Below, in pieces: positions 38,679-47,282 of a stretch of DNA of 63,060 nucleotides. Positions within the stretch are counted from its first letter, which is position 1. Each line of letters starts with the position of its first letter. The notes beneath the pieces were generated by a model, which was not told the DNA's origin, ran no database searches, and saw nothing but the letters and a program-made list of their open reading frames with translations. A program made the position numbers and the translations under genes. Origin of the DNA: Candidatus Nomurabacteria bacterium RIFOXYB1_FULL_39_16 (GTDB taxonomy: Bacteria; Patescibacteriota; Minisyncoccia; Phycocordibacterales; UBA9973); the NCBI GenBank assembly GCA_001787205.1, contig MFWB01000007.1:1-63060 (forward strand), given 5' to 3'.

Positions 38679-38757
38679 TTATTTTGTCGTAAAATTTTTA
38701 GCTATGTCTTCTGAATCCTTCACAAGAGGATTTTTTACTATTTAACTTCTAAAAATT

Positions 38758-39324
38758 ATGAAAGACAAAAACAAAATTATTATATTCATCACTATCATCG
38801 TTTTTCTTTTTATTGGGCTCTTCTTTTTTTCAAAACCCGATCAAAATGGAAACAACGCAAGTAATATTAAAGAAGGTACTCAGAAGTTAGCAAATTCAAA
38901 TACAGCTTCGACAGACAACACTCTCACGACTCTCGAAAAATTCTATGACTTTGGAACAATATCTATGAAAAATGGAAATGTCAGTAAGACATTCAAGGTT
39001 ACTAATTCTGGGACCGAAGATATTAATTTGACCAATGTTAGTACTTCCTGTATGTGTACTGCGGCCTACATCGTTAAAAATGACGGTAGCAAGCTCGGGC
39101 CCTTTGGTATGCCTGGACATGGGGGCGCGGGTGACATGCCAGGTCATGGCAATGGTAAGGCGGGAGAAATAATTCCTGCAGGAGAATCACGAGATATTGA
39201 AGTGGTTTATGATCCTAACGCTCATGGTCCAGCTGGGGTCGGAAAGATTGATAGATTTGTTTATCTTGAAGATGAAAATGGAAACAAACTTCAAATTGAA
39301 ATTAAGGCGAACGTAACTCCGTAA
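38758..39324 (+). CDS. DUF1573-like exported beta-sandwich protein
   Basis: N-terminal TM segment, FYDFGTISMKNGNVSKTFKVTNSG...NVSTSCMCT, and a His/Gly/Met-rich loop GMPGHGGAGDMPGHGNG. Confidence 0.6.
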   Translation: MKDKNKIIIFITIIVFLFIGLFFFSKPDQNGNNASNIKEGTQKLANSNTASTDNTLTTLEKFYDFGTISMKNGNVSKTFKVTNSGTEDINLTNVSTSCMCTAAYIVKNDGSKLGPFGMPGHGGAGDMPGHGNGKAGEIIPAGESRDIEVVYDPNAHGPAGVGKIDRFVYLEDENGNKLQIEIKANVTP

Positions 39325-39331
39325 AAATTAT

Positions 39332-40111
39332 ATGAAAAAAATTATAATTGCAATTAGTGTTTTACTTATTGCTATAGTCGGAATAGTAATACTTAAGAAC
39401 AATCCAGCAACTTCAGAAATTATATGGAGTATGAGCAAAGGTGGCACATGGCTATTACCACTTGTTTTAGTGGCTGCTGTCTTAGACAGCGTGCATCCCT
39501 GTTCATTCTCTATTCTTCTCATCACTATTGCATTTCTTTTTGGAATGCAATTAAGCCGAAGAAAAATTCTTCAATTGGGTGGTACATATATTGCCGGGAT
39601 ATTCACAGCGTATTTTTTGATTGGGCTTGGAATATTGAAAGTTCTACACCTCTTCAACACTCCTCATTTTATGGGAAAGTTGGGAGCAACATTACTTATC
39701 AGCTTTGGTTTGCTAAATCTTATCAGCCGATTTTTTCCAGCATTTCCGATAAAACTCAAAATACCTAGTATAGTAAAAGGTCCAATTGCTAAATTAATGG
39801 ATAAAGCATCTTTCCCAGCCGTATTTGGCCTAGGATTACTTGTTGGTATTTGTCAGTTTCCATGCATGGGTGGACCGTACCTTATGGTTATTGGACTTCT
39901 ACGTGATCAAATGACCTATATAAGTGGATTTAATTATTTACTGCTCTACAATTTCATTCTGATTATTCCACTAGTAGCAGTATTGTTCATATCTGCAGAT
40001 AAACTATTGGTTGATAAAGTGCAGATATGGAAGCGCGACAATATAGGAGGATTAAAACTTTGGACTGGCATCGCAATGATTATTATTGGTATCTTAATAT
40101 TCTTTATCTAA
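39332..40111 (+). CDS. CcdA/DsbD-like thiol-disulfide transfer membrane protein
   Basis: Polytopic, with membrane-embedded Cys motifs (VHPCSFSIL and QFPCMGGPY). Confidence 0.6.
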   Translation: MKKIIIAISVLLIAIVGIVILKNNPATSEIIWSMSKGGTWLLPLVLVAAVLDSVHPCSFSILLITIAFLFGMQLSRRKILQLGGTYIAGIFTAYFLIGLGILKVLHLFNTPHFMGKLGATLLISFGLLNLISRFFPAFPIKLKIPSIVKGPIAKLMDKASFPAVFGLGLLVGICQFPCMGGPYLMVIGLLRDQMTYISGFNYLLLYNFILIIPLVAVLFISADKLLVDKVQIWKRDNIGGLKLWTGIAMIIIGILIFFI

Positions 40112-40112
40112 C

Positions 40113-40604
40113 ATGAATAAAATAATAACGATAGATGAATTTATGAAGAAAATAGATTCATTAAAGGACAAAGCCGGGGTTGATCTGTCTACAGCAGAAG
40201 ATCTTAGTATGGCTGTGATGAATCTGATCAGCCTTGAAGAACACTTCTTTTTTACTGGTGTCAAAACAAAAAAAGATGAATACTTCGATACTTCGCTTGA
40301 AATACGCGAAATAAGAAAAAGCTTATTAGCTAAACTTATGCCAAACAATGAGGGTGAAACTTGGTGCATCTCAAAACATCTTTTGGCTACAACTATGCGA
40401 CTTATAGAAGTTGGAAATAAACTTAATTCTGAAAGTAAAAAAGACAAAGCAAAAGAAATGTTTGAAAAAGCATACAAAGTATATTCTATATTTTGGGCGC
40501 TTAAATTAAAGTTAATTACTGGAGAAAAAATAAAAGAGACAGCAAAAGACAGTTCACAACTTGAAGATCTAGTAGCCAAACTTGCCAATTGTTGTGATGA
40601 GTAG
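40113..40604 (+). CDS. Helical hypothetical protein ending in CCDE
   Basis: 163-aa ORF that starts 2 nt after the upstream gene. Confidence 0.45.
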   Translation: MNKIITIDEFMKKIDSLKDKAGVDLSTAEDLSMAVMNLISLEEHFFFTGVKTKKDEYFDTSLEIREIRKSLLAKLMPNNEGETWCISKHLLATTMRLIEVGNKLNSESKKDKAKEMFEKAYKVYSIFWALKLKLITGEKIKETAKDSSQLEDLVAKLANCCDE

Positions 40605-40638
40605 ATGTGGTTAATAATTAATAACAAAAATTAAAAAA

Positions 40639-41625
40639 ATGGAAAACGAACAACTTGAAGAAAAAATAATAAAAAAAGATAGTCCGTATGCGACGCCAAT
40701 AGCTATTGTTATTGTTGGGATTATGCTCTCCAGTGCTGTTTTTTTTGGTTTACGAAATCCTTCAAAAGAAACACCTTTACAGAAAGCGCAATCACAAGTT
40801 TCTGCACTTGAAGAAGCTGTCTTACCATCTAAGGGTGTGGTTTTGCCCGCATCATGGGGTAATCTTGGTGTGCAACTTGTGGATAGTGGTGCTATTGATG
40901 CAGATAAATTTAAAGCTATCTATGAGCAAAGAGGAGCTTTCACTGACGAATATAAAAACTTATTACTTGGGGACAATAATGGCAAAATTAAAATTACTAG
41001 AGAAAATTCAGGATACTATCTTAATCTATTCTGGGCACTTGGTCTTGCAAATAAGAATTCTATTCTAGACACAGGTGAAATGGTAGATCCGAAATATGGT
41101 GGAGCAGGAAACTTTGCTTCTACTGGTGGTTGGACAATAGCAAAAGGTAAACCAATGGATCACTATAGCAAGCATGCATTCATTACACTAACATTAGAAC
41201 AGCAGGCTTTGGTTGATAAAGTATCACGTGGAATATATAGACCATGTTGTGGTAATTCAGTTCATTTTCCAGATTGTAATCATGGTATGGCAATGCTTGG
41301 ACTTTTGGAACTGATGGCTTCACAGGGTGCTAGTGAACAAGATATGTGGAAAACAGCTTTAGTAGTTAATTCTTATTGGTTTCCTGATACATATCTTACA
41401 ATAGCAACCTATATGAAAGATAAAGGAATTGAATGGAAAAATGTAAATCCACAAGAAATGCTTGGGGCTAATTATTCTAGTGGGCAAGGTTTTGCAAATA
41501 TTGCAGCGCAAGTAACTAAACCAGCTAGTTCTCAAAGTGCAGGTGGATGTGGGGTTGACACAGGGGGAGCACACGCAAACGATTCTGCTCCAGCTCCAAA
41601 ACAACAAAGTGGATGTGGAATATAA
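40639..41625 (+). CDS. Membrane-anchored Cys-rich protein of unknown function
   Basis: N-terminal TM segment, then PCCGNSVHFPDCNHG and a C-terminal GGCGV...SGCGI. Confidence 0.5.
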   Translation: MENEQLEEKIIKKDSPYATPIAIVIVGIMLSSAVFFGLRNPSKETPLQKAQSQVSALEEAVLPSKGVVLPASWGNLGVQLVDSGAIDADKFKAIYEQRGAFTDEYKNLLLGDNNGKIKITRENSGYYLNLFWALGLANKNSILDTGEMVDPKYGGAGNFASTGGWTIAKGKPMDHYSKHAFITLTLEQQALVDKVSRGIYRPCCGNSVHFPDCNHGMAMLGLLELMASQGASEQDMWKTALVVNSYWFPDTYLTIATYMKDKGIEWKNVNPQEMLGANYSSGQGFANIAAQVTKPASSQSAGGCGVDTGGAHANDSAPAPKQQSGCGI

Positions 41626-41644
41626 TTAAAGGTAAAAAATAATT

Positions 41645-42175
41645 ATGAAAACAGAACATAAAGTATTTGCAGGCATTGGATTATTAACATTAGTTATTGT
41701 TTTTGGTGGAGTATGGTTATCAAGTAAAGAAGGGGCTAAAAATACTGAAAAGCTAAGTAAATCTATGGTGGGAGAAAAGATGCCAGATCAAGGTGCTCTA
41801 CATGTAGCTCGTGGCGCTGAGCATTTGGCATACAATTCAAACCCTCCAACTTCTGGACCACATTGGACTGGAGTAGCTGGACCTGGAATTAAAGACGAAC
41901 CTGTTCCTGATGAGCTTGTGCTTCATAGTATGGAGCATGGCGCGGCAGTTGTTTGGTATAGAGAGGGAATGGATCAAAGCGATGTAGATAAAATTACTGA
42001 AGCATTTAATAATTCTTCCGGGAAGAAAATAATGCTAGTACGCAAGGATCTTGATGTTCCAGTTGCCTTAACATCGTGGGGCTATCTTCTAAGGCTTCAG
42101 ACTATTGATGAAACGAAAATCAAGGAATTCATTGAAACAAACAATGATAGGGCACCAGAAAAAGCTCCAGTTTAA
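41645..42175 (+). CDS. DUF3105-like exported protein
   Basis: NPPTSGPHW and HSMEHGAAVVWY. Confidence 0.6.
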   Translation: MKTEHKVFAGIGLLTLVIVFGGVWLSSKEGAKNTEKLSKSMVGEKMPDQGALHVARGAEHLAYNSNPPTSGPHWTGVAGPGIKDEPVPDELVLHSMEHGAAVVWYREGMDQSDVDKITEAFNNSSGKKIMLVRKDLDVPVALTSWGYLLRLQTIDETKIKEFIETNNDRAPEKAPV

Positions 42176-42189
42176 TCAAATTCCCTAAC

Positions 42190-42218
42190 TTGACAAATAG
42201 GGGGTGGGGGTATAGAGT
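42190..42218 (+). promoter_or_regulatory. Promoter with a G-tract operator upstream of the CsoR/RcnR-family gene
   Basis: TTGACA (42190-42195), 17 nt, then TAGAGT (42213-42218). The spacer is ATA-GGGGG-T-GGGGG-TAT (42197-42213). Confidence 0.6.
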
Positions 42219-42260
42219 ATAGGTAAGGTCGAGCTTATACTAATAACTAATAAAATATAT

Positions 42261-42533
42261 ATGTTAGATCAAAAACTAAAAAAGAAAGCGCTTCACAGAG
42301 CAAGAATAATTCGTGGACAGGCTGAAGGATTAATAAAAGCGATAGAAGAAGAAAAATACTGTATTGATTTAATAACACAGTCGAGATCAATACAACTTTC
42401 ACTCAAAAGTATGGATAGAGTTCTTTTGGCAAACCATCTTAGTAGTCATGTAAAGCACATGCTTAATGACACGAAACAGGAAGGCAAAGCCATTAAAGAA
42501 CTTGTAGATCTGTACGCATTATCAAATAAATAA
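42261..42533 (+). CDS. CsoR/RcnR-family (DUF156) metal-sensing transcriptional repressor
   Basis: RIIRGQAEGLIKAIEEEKYCIDLITQ...LLANHLSSHV. Length and helix pattern are typical of the family. Confidence 0.8.
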   Translation: MLDQKLKKKALHRARIIRGQAEGLIKAIEEEKYCIDLITQSRSIQLSLKSMDRVLLANHLSSHVKHMLNDTKQEGKAIKELVDLYALSNK

Positions 42534-42541
42534 AATAAATT

Positions 42542-42781
42542 ATGATGTACGGAATATATAATGGATGGGGTTGGGGAAATATGATGGGATGGTTTGGTGG
42601 TGGAATCATGATGATTCTATTCTGGGCAGCAGTTATTTATTTCATTGTTTGGTTAGTTCGTAATAATAGAACAAGTGGAGCTGAAGACAAAAAAGCCCTT
42701 GATATTCTAAAAGAACGCTATGCTAAGGGTGAGATAGATAAAAAAGAATTTGAGGAAAAGAAAAAGGATTTAACTTCTTAA
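42542..42781 (+). CDS. SHOCT-domain membrane protein
   Basis: Gly/Trp/Met-rich TM N-terminus and C-terminal [22 protein letters not shown]. Confidence 0.65.
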   Translation: MMYGIYNGWGWGNMMGWFGGGIMMILFWAAVIYFIVWLVRNNRTSGAEDKKALDILKERYAKGEIDKKEFEEKKKDLTS

Positions 42782-42788
42782 AAAATAT

Positions 42789-43349
42789 ATGAATTACAGC
42801 ATCAAAAAACAAGTTAATTATTCTTTCACTGGTGCAGTTTCAAAAACTAAAGCCGTATTAGCGGAAGAAGGATTTGGAATCCTGACGGAGATTGATGTTA
42901 AAGCAACTCTAAAAAATAAGCTGGATGTTGAGTGGGATAATTATGTTATTTTGGGAGTTTGTAATCCAAGTTTGGCTTATCAAGCTTTGCAAGAAGAAAA
43001 AGAAATTGGGTTATTTCTGCCTTGTAATGTGATTGTGTACGAAGATAAGGGGAAGGTTTTTGTGTCGGCTATTATTCCAACTGTGGCTATGAAAATGATA
43101 GAAAATAAATCATTAAATAAGGTCGCTAGCCAAGCAGAAGAAAAACTAAAAAAAGTAATGGATAAAATATCTAGTAAAAATCAAGACGAAAAAACAAGAA
43201 AGGTGTTTGATCTTGTGTGTGGTATGGAACTTAATATGAGTGATGTTACGCATGCTTTCGAGCATGAAGGAAAAGAATACTACTTCTGTTCTAGCACGTG
43301 CAAAGGTCACTTTGTGAGTGACCCCGATATGTACATAGGAGAAAATTAA
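42789..43349 (+). CDS. DUF302 domain fused to a YHS/TRASH metal-binding domain
   Basis: GFGILTEIDVKATLKNKL...ILGVCNP (DUF302), and C-terminal VCGMELN...EYYFCSSTCKGHF. Confidence 0.7.
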   Translation: MNYSIKKQVNYSFTGAVSKTKAVLAEEGFGILTEIDVKATLKNKLDVEWDNYVILGVCNPSLAYQALQEEKEIGLFLPCNVIVYEDKGKVFVSAIIPTVAMKMIENKSLNKVASQAEEKLKKVMDKISSKNQDEKTRKVFDLVCGMELNMSDVTHAFEHEGKEYYFCSSTCKGHFVSDPDMYIGEN

Positions 43350-43366
43350 TAAATTAATTAAAAATT

Positions 43367-43579
43367 ATGAATCATAATCACGCACAAAATAATTCTTGCT
43401 CTCACGGGTGTTGCGATGGTGACAAGACCACATGCAGTGTTCATGGGTGTTGTGGTGAGAACGATACTGTCGCAGTAATGGATATAACTTCATATACTTG
43501 CTCAATGCATCCCAATATAAGACAGAATAAGCCTGGCAAGTGCCCGGAGTGTGGAATGGACCTTGTTCCAGTTAAATAA
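43367..43579 (+). CDS. Small Cys/His-rich protein with a heavy-metal-binding zinc-ribbon-like domain
   Basis: SCSHGCCDG...HGCCG, then YTCSMHPNIRQNKPGKCPECGMDL (the YTCPMHP-type motif). Confidence 0.65.
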   Translation: MNHNHAQNNSCSHGCCDGDKTTCSVHGCCGENDTVAVMDITSYTCSMHPNIRQNKPGKCPECGMDLVPVK

Positions 43580-43612
43580 AAAGGTCAATATTATCAATTA
43601 ATTAAAAAAAAT

Positions 43613-44239
43613 ATGAATGACAAAATTGCGTTTGGAGCCGGAGGAATATTGATCGGGGCAGTCATTGTTTTGTTGTTAAGCTCTACGGGGCAATATAGAT
43701 CGATGATGGGGGAAGTAAATAATTCAAACAATATAACCCCAGGCAGAACAGTTGGGATGATGAATAACATAGACGAGCATTTCATTGAGCAGATGATTCC
43801 GCATCACGATGGAGCCATCGAAATGGCAAAGCTTGCTTTACAAAAAGCAAAAAGACCAGAAATTAAAACTCTCGCTCAAAACATTATTAGTGCTCAAGAA
43901 AAAGAAGTAATAGAAATGCAGGGTTGGTATAAAAACTGGTTTGGAGGAGATGTTAAAACGGGAAATTCATATTCAATGATGGGTGGCATGATGTCCTCTG
44001 GGGGGATGCATATGGTTGGAAATCAGGACAATACTCAGGCGTTAGAAAACGCACCAGATTTCGATAAAGCATTTATTGAAGCGATGATTCCCCATCATCA
44101 ATTGGCTATTATCATGGCGCAAATGCTAAAGTCTGGGACAAATAGACCAGAAATGCTAACACTTGCCAATAATATTACTGAATCACAATCAAAAGAAATA
44201 GGACAAATGCAGGAATGGTATAAGAGTTGGTATAAATAA
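43613..44239 (+). CDS. DUF305 family protein
   Basis: Duplicated F..MIPHH..AI.MA motif (FIEQMIPHHDGAIEMA and FIEAMIPHHQLAIIMA). Confidence 0.75.
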   Translation: MNDKIAFGAGGILIGAVIVLLLSSTGQYRSMMGEVNNSNNITPGRTVGMMNNIDEHFIEQMIPHHDGAIEMAKLALQKAKRPEIKTLAQNIISAQEKEVIEMQGWYKNWFGGDVKTGNSYSMMGGMMSSGGMHMVGNQDNTQALENAPDFDKAFIEAMIPHHQLAIIMAQMLKSGTNRPEMLTLANNITESQSKEIGQMQEWYKSWYK

Positions 44240-44285
44240 AATTATTAAGATTAAAATTATAGTTTAACAAATTAATTCAAAATAT

Positions 44286-44549
44286 ATGCAATTATCATTA
44301 AAAAAATATGGCTGGAAATGTGTTCTTGGAGCTGAGGTAGCATATGTTCTTTGTGTGCTGGGTGGATTTCTACCACTTCGTAGTACAGCAGGTATTGAGC
44401 TTCATCACACACTCTTTGAGACACTACCTGGTTTTACTTGGATTAGTTTCGGTAGTTTTGTACTTGGTGCGATCTATATGTTTGTCTTTGCTTGGATTTT
44501 TGCTTCCTATTTCGTATGGATGCACAATTCGAGTCTTATTAGTAAATAA
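44286..44549 (+). CDS. Small membrane protein
   Basis: 87 aa with hydrophobic spans. Preferred over the overlapping alternative-frame ORF 44344..44556. Confidence 0.4.
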   Translation: MQLSLKKYGWKCVLGAEVAYVLCVLGGFLPLRSTAGIELHHTLFETLPGFTWISFGSFVLGAIYMFVFAWIFASYFVWMHNSSLISK

Positions 44550-44562
44550 TTATTAAATAACT

Positions 44563-44853
44563 ATGCATAATCATAACGGAGGAAATGGTAAGTCAATGAT
44601 GTGGATGATGATTCCATGTCTTCTTCTGATAGCATTTGCACTTTTTGGTGGAGGTAGTTTAGCCTCGTCTAAATATCTTTGGCTGATTATCGTTGGTGTT
44701 TGTGTTGTTCCTCATGTCTGGATGATGTTTAAGGGACACGGAGGGCACAGTGATGACAATGCGGAAGATAAAACTAATGATGTTTCAGAAAAACAATTAG
44801 AGGCAAAAGAAAAATACAATAAATCTGGTCATGGTGGTAGTTGTTGTCATTAA
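44563..44853 (+). CDS. DUF2933-like small membrane protein with a His/Cys tail
   Basis: Two TM segments, ending in GHGGSCCH. Confidence 0.5.
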   Translation: MHNHNGGNGKSMMWMMIPCLLLIAFALFGGGSLASSKYLWLIIVGVCVVPHVWMMFKGHGGHSDDNAEDKTNDVSEKQLEAKEKYNKSGHGGSCCH

Positions 44854-44862
44854 AATTACTTT

Positions 44863-45504
44863 ATGGAAAATTCTTACGGCCTCTGGCTATTAGTTATAAT
44901 TAATTCTTTGGTTTTCATTATTTTTGCCTTTAGTTTTGTTAAGCCAAAAACTTCTCGAGACTGGCGATCATTTGGCGGATTTTCGGCATTTCTTGTTGCA
45001 CTTTTTGCCGAGATGTATGGTTTTCCCCTTACCATATATCTTCTTTCCGGGTGGCTTTCATCAAAGTTCCCAAGTGTTGATTTCTTTGCGCATAACTCGG
45101 GACACTTACTTGAAGACTTCTTCGGCTGGGGCGGTGATCCGCATTTCGGACCATTTCACATCGCAAGTTATATCCTAATCTTTTATGGTTTCTTTCTTCT
45201 TTCCAAAGCATGGAAAGTGCTTTACAAGGCGCAAGTTGAACATACCCTAGCTACTGACGGTCCTTATTCTTACATTCGTCATCCGCAATATATTGGTTTT
45301 ATACTGATTATGTTTGGATTTTTGTTGCAATGGCCTACACTTCTTACTCTTGTAATGTTCCCAATTCTTGTTTGGATGTACACACGACTTGCTAAAAGTG
45401 AAGAGAAAGATTCTCAAAAAGAATTTGGAGAATCATGGGATGAATACGCCAAAAGAACTCCAGCTTTTATTCCCCGACGAAAAAAATTAACAGCTAATTC
45501 TTAA
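44863..45504 (+). CDS. ICMT/PEMT-family membrane methyltransferase
   Basis: GPYSYIRHPQYIGFILIMFG signature. Confidence 0.65.
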   Translation: MENSYGLWLLVIINSLVFIIFAFSFVKPKTSRDWRSFGGFSAFLVALFAEMYGFPLTIYLLSGWLSSKFPSVDFFAHNSGHLLEDFFGWGGDPHFGPFHIASYILIFYGFFLLSKAWKVLYKAQVEHTLATDGPYSYIRHPQYIGFILIMFGFLLQWPTLLTLVMFPILVWMYTRLAKSEEKDSQKEFGESWDEYAKRTPAFIPRRKKLTANS

Positions 45505-45509
45505 ATTAT

Positions 45510-45722
45510 ATGGAAAATAGAATTAAATCATTAATTAAAAAACTAAGCAGGCTTGGCTATCATGTTAAGCCCAAAAACAACGATCATGTAGATCCTGTAT
45601 GTGGAATGAAAGTATCGAGTGATTTATTAAAGGCTGACTATCAGGGTGAAAGTTATTATTTTTGTTCAGATCATTGTAAGCAACAGTTTGAGAAAGACCC
45701 CGAGGCCTATATCGTAAAATAA
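45510..45722 (+). CDS. YHS-domain protein
   Basis: DPVCGMKV...ESYYFCSDHCKQQFEKDPEAY. Confidence 0.7.
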   Translation: MENRIKSLIKKLSRLGYHVKPKNNDHVDPVCGMKVSSDLLKADYQGESYYFCSDHCKQQFEKDPEAYIVK

Positions 45723-45724
45723 TC

Positions 45725-46168
45725 ATGACTAATAATATTGCAAAACCAATTTTATATGGAACATTTGCAAGCACAATCCTACTTGGGGTTTATTTCACGG
45801 TGCTCACATTAGTTTCTGGATGGAATTTTACCTTGAGTCAATTTGCAGATTATTGGTATTTTGTTGTTAGCTTGGCTGTAGGTTTCGGAATTCAGATTGC
45901 ACTTTACCAATATATTAAAAGTCTAGTGCATAGTGGAAAAGGTATGGGTAAAGTAGTTGGAGTATCTGGAACTACTTCTACAGCTGCTATGATTTCTTGT
46001 TGTGCACACTATTTAGTGAATCTAGTACCCATCCTTGGAGTTACAGGGCTTGCCACATTTGCCGCGCAATATCAGGTAAAGTTATTTTGGGTGGGAATTT
46101 TCTTTAATGTCGTTGGCATTGTGTATATGGTAAATAGAATTATTAAATTTAAAAAAGATCATGAATAA
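45725..46168 (+). CDS. Four-TM membrane protein with an intramembrane CC motif
   Basis: SGTTSTAAMISCCAHYLVNLVP. No family assigned. Confidence 0.45.
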   Translation: MTNNIAKPILYGTFASTILLGVYFTVLTLVSGWNFTLSQFADYWYFVVSLAVGFGIQIALYQYIKSLVHSGKGMGKVVGVSGTTSTAAMISCCAHYLVNLVPILGVTGLATFAAQYQVKLFWVGIFFNVVGIVYMVNRIIKFKKDHE

Positions 46169-46628
46169 TAAAACCTTAACAATACTTACATTAGTACTTG
46201 CTTTTCTGGGAGGTTTCCTCTTTTTTTATCGTGGTGGTCCAACGAAAGAATTAGTTCCTGTTGTTAATCAAGCAAACCAGAAAACAACCACTAAACAAAC
46301 TTGGGAAACGAAGACAGAAGAGCAAGCGAATGTAACGGTAGTCATTACTCCTATAGACTTATCATTGAATTCTAAAGAATGGAAGTTTGACGTTGTCATG
46401 GACACGCATTCAGTCGAACTAGATCAAGATATGATAAAAATTGCTATCATCGTCGATGATCAAGGCAAAGAATATAAACCAATACGCTGGGAAGGTGCGG
46501 AAGCAGGAGGACATCACAGAGAAGGTGTGTTAATATTTAGTCAGATAACACCAACCCCAAAATCCGTTGAATTAAAAATTTCCAGCATAAGTGATGTTGT
46601 CAGAAGTTTTATTTGGCAACTTAAATAA
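46161..46628 (+). CDS. Membrane-anchored hypothetical protein
   Basis: N-terminal TM segment and a beta-rich body containing EGAEAGGHHREG. Confidence 0.45.
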   Translation: MNNKTLTILTLVLAFLGGFLFFYRGGPTKELVPVVNQANQKTTTKQTWETKTEEQANVTVVITPIDLSLNSKEWKFDVVMDTHSVELDQDMIKIAIIVDDQGKEYKPIRWEGAEAGGHHREGVLIFSQITPTPKSVELKISSISDVVRSFIWQLK

Positions 46629-46629
46629 T

Positions 46630-47247
46630 ATGTCAAAAGATTGTTGCGATATAGATGAACTAAAACTTAATAATAAAGAAAATGATAAGCTCAAGATAGT
46701 ATTTTGGATAGTTCTTATCATTAACTTGTCGATGTTTTTAACCGAGTTTATTTCTGGTACCTTGTCTCATTCTAATGCCCTGATTGCCGACTCGCTTGAT
46801 ATGCTAGCAGACACATTTGTCTACGGTATTAGTATTTATGCCATAACCAAAAAGCAAACTGTTAAAGCAAATGTTTCGTTAGTAAAAGGAGTAATTATGA
46901 TGCTACTGGGTCTATATGTGGTCGTTGAAATAATTTATAAAATTATTAATCCAATTATTCCAACAGCAGAAGTTATTTCAATCATTGGTATTATTGCTCT
47001 CTTGGCTAACGCTGTTTCTTTCTTGCTTCTACTTAAATATAGAAATGGTGACATAAACGCGAGGTCTTCTTGGATTTGCTCTAGAAACGACATATGGGCA
47101 AATGTGGCTGTTATTATTGCAGGACTTCTTGTAGGTTATTTTAATTCAATGGTGCCTGATATTATTGCAGGTCTGGGCATTGTCATTGTTGTGCTTTATT
47201 CATCATTTCATATTATCAAAGAGTCTCTTCATTATAGAAGTCATTAA
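46630..47247 (+). CDS. Cation diffusion facilitator (CDF) family transporter
   Basis: ORF 46591..47247 trimmed to the ATG at 46630 (MSKDCCDIDEL...). TM2 motif HSNALIADSLDMLAD. Confidence 0.7.
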   Translation: MSKDCCDIDELKLNNKENDKLKIVFWIVLIINLSMFLTEFISGTLSHSNALIADSLDMLADTFVYGISIYAITKKQTVKANVSLVKGVIMMLLGLYVVVEIIYKIINPIIPTAEVISIIGIIALLANAVSFLLLLKYRNGDINARSSWICSRNDIWANVAVIIAGLLVGYFNSMVPDIIAGLGIVIVVLYSSFHIIKESLHYRSH

Positions 47248-47282
47248 ATTATGAGTTTTTAAAAAGTATTAAAATTTTTAAC

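Noticed and set aside
39424-39768. Alternative-frame ORFs within the metal cluster (39424..39768, 40706..41068, 44344..44556, 44924..45178)
   Set aside because: They overlap, on the same strand, ORFs that have clear membrane or family signatures, and they contain no motifs of their own.
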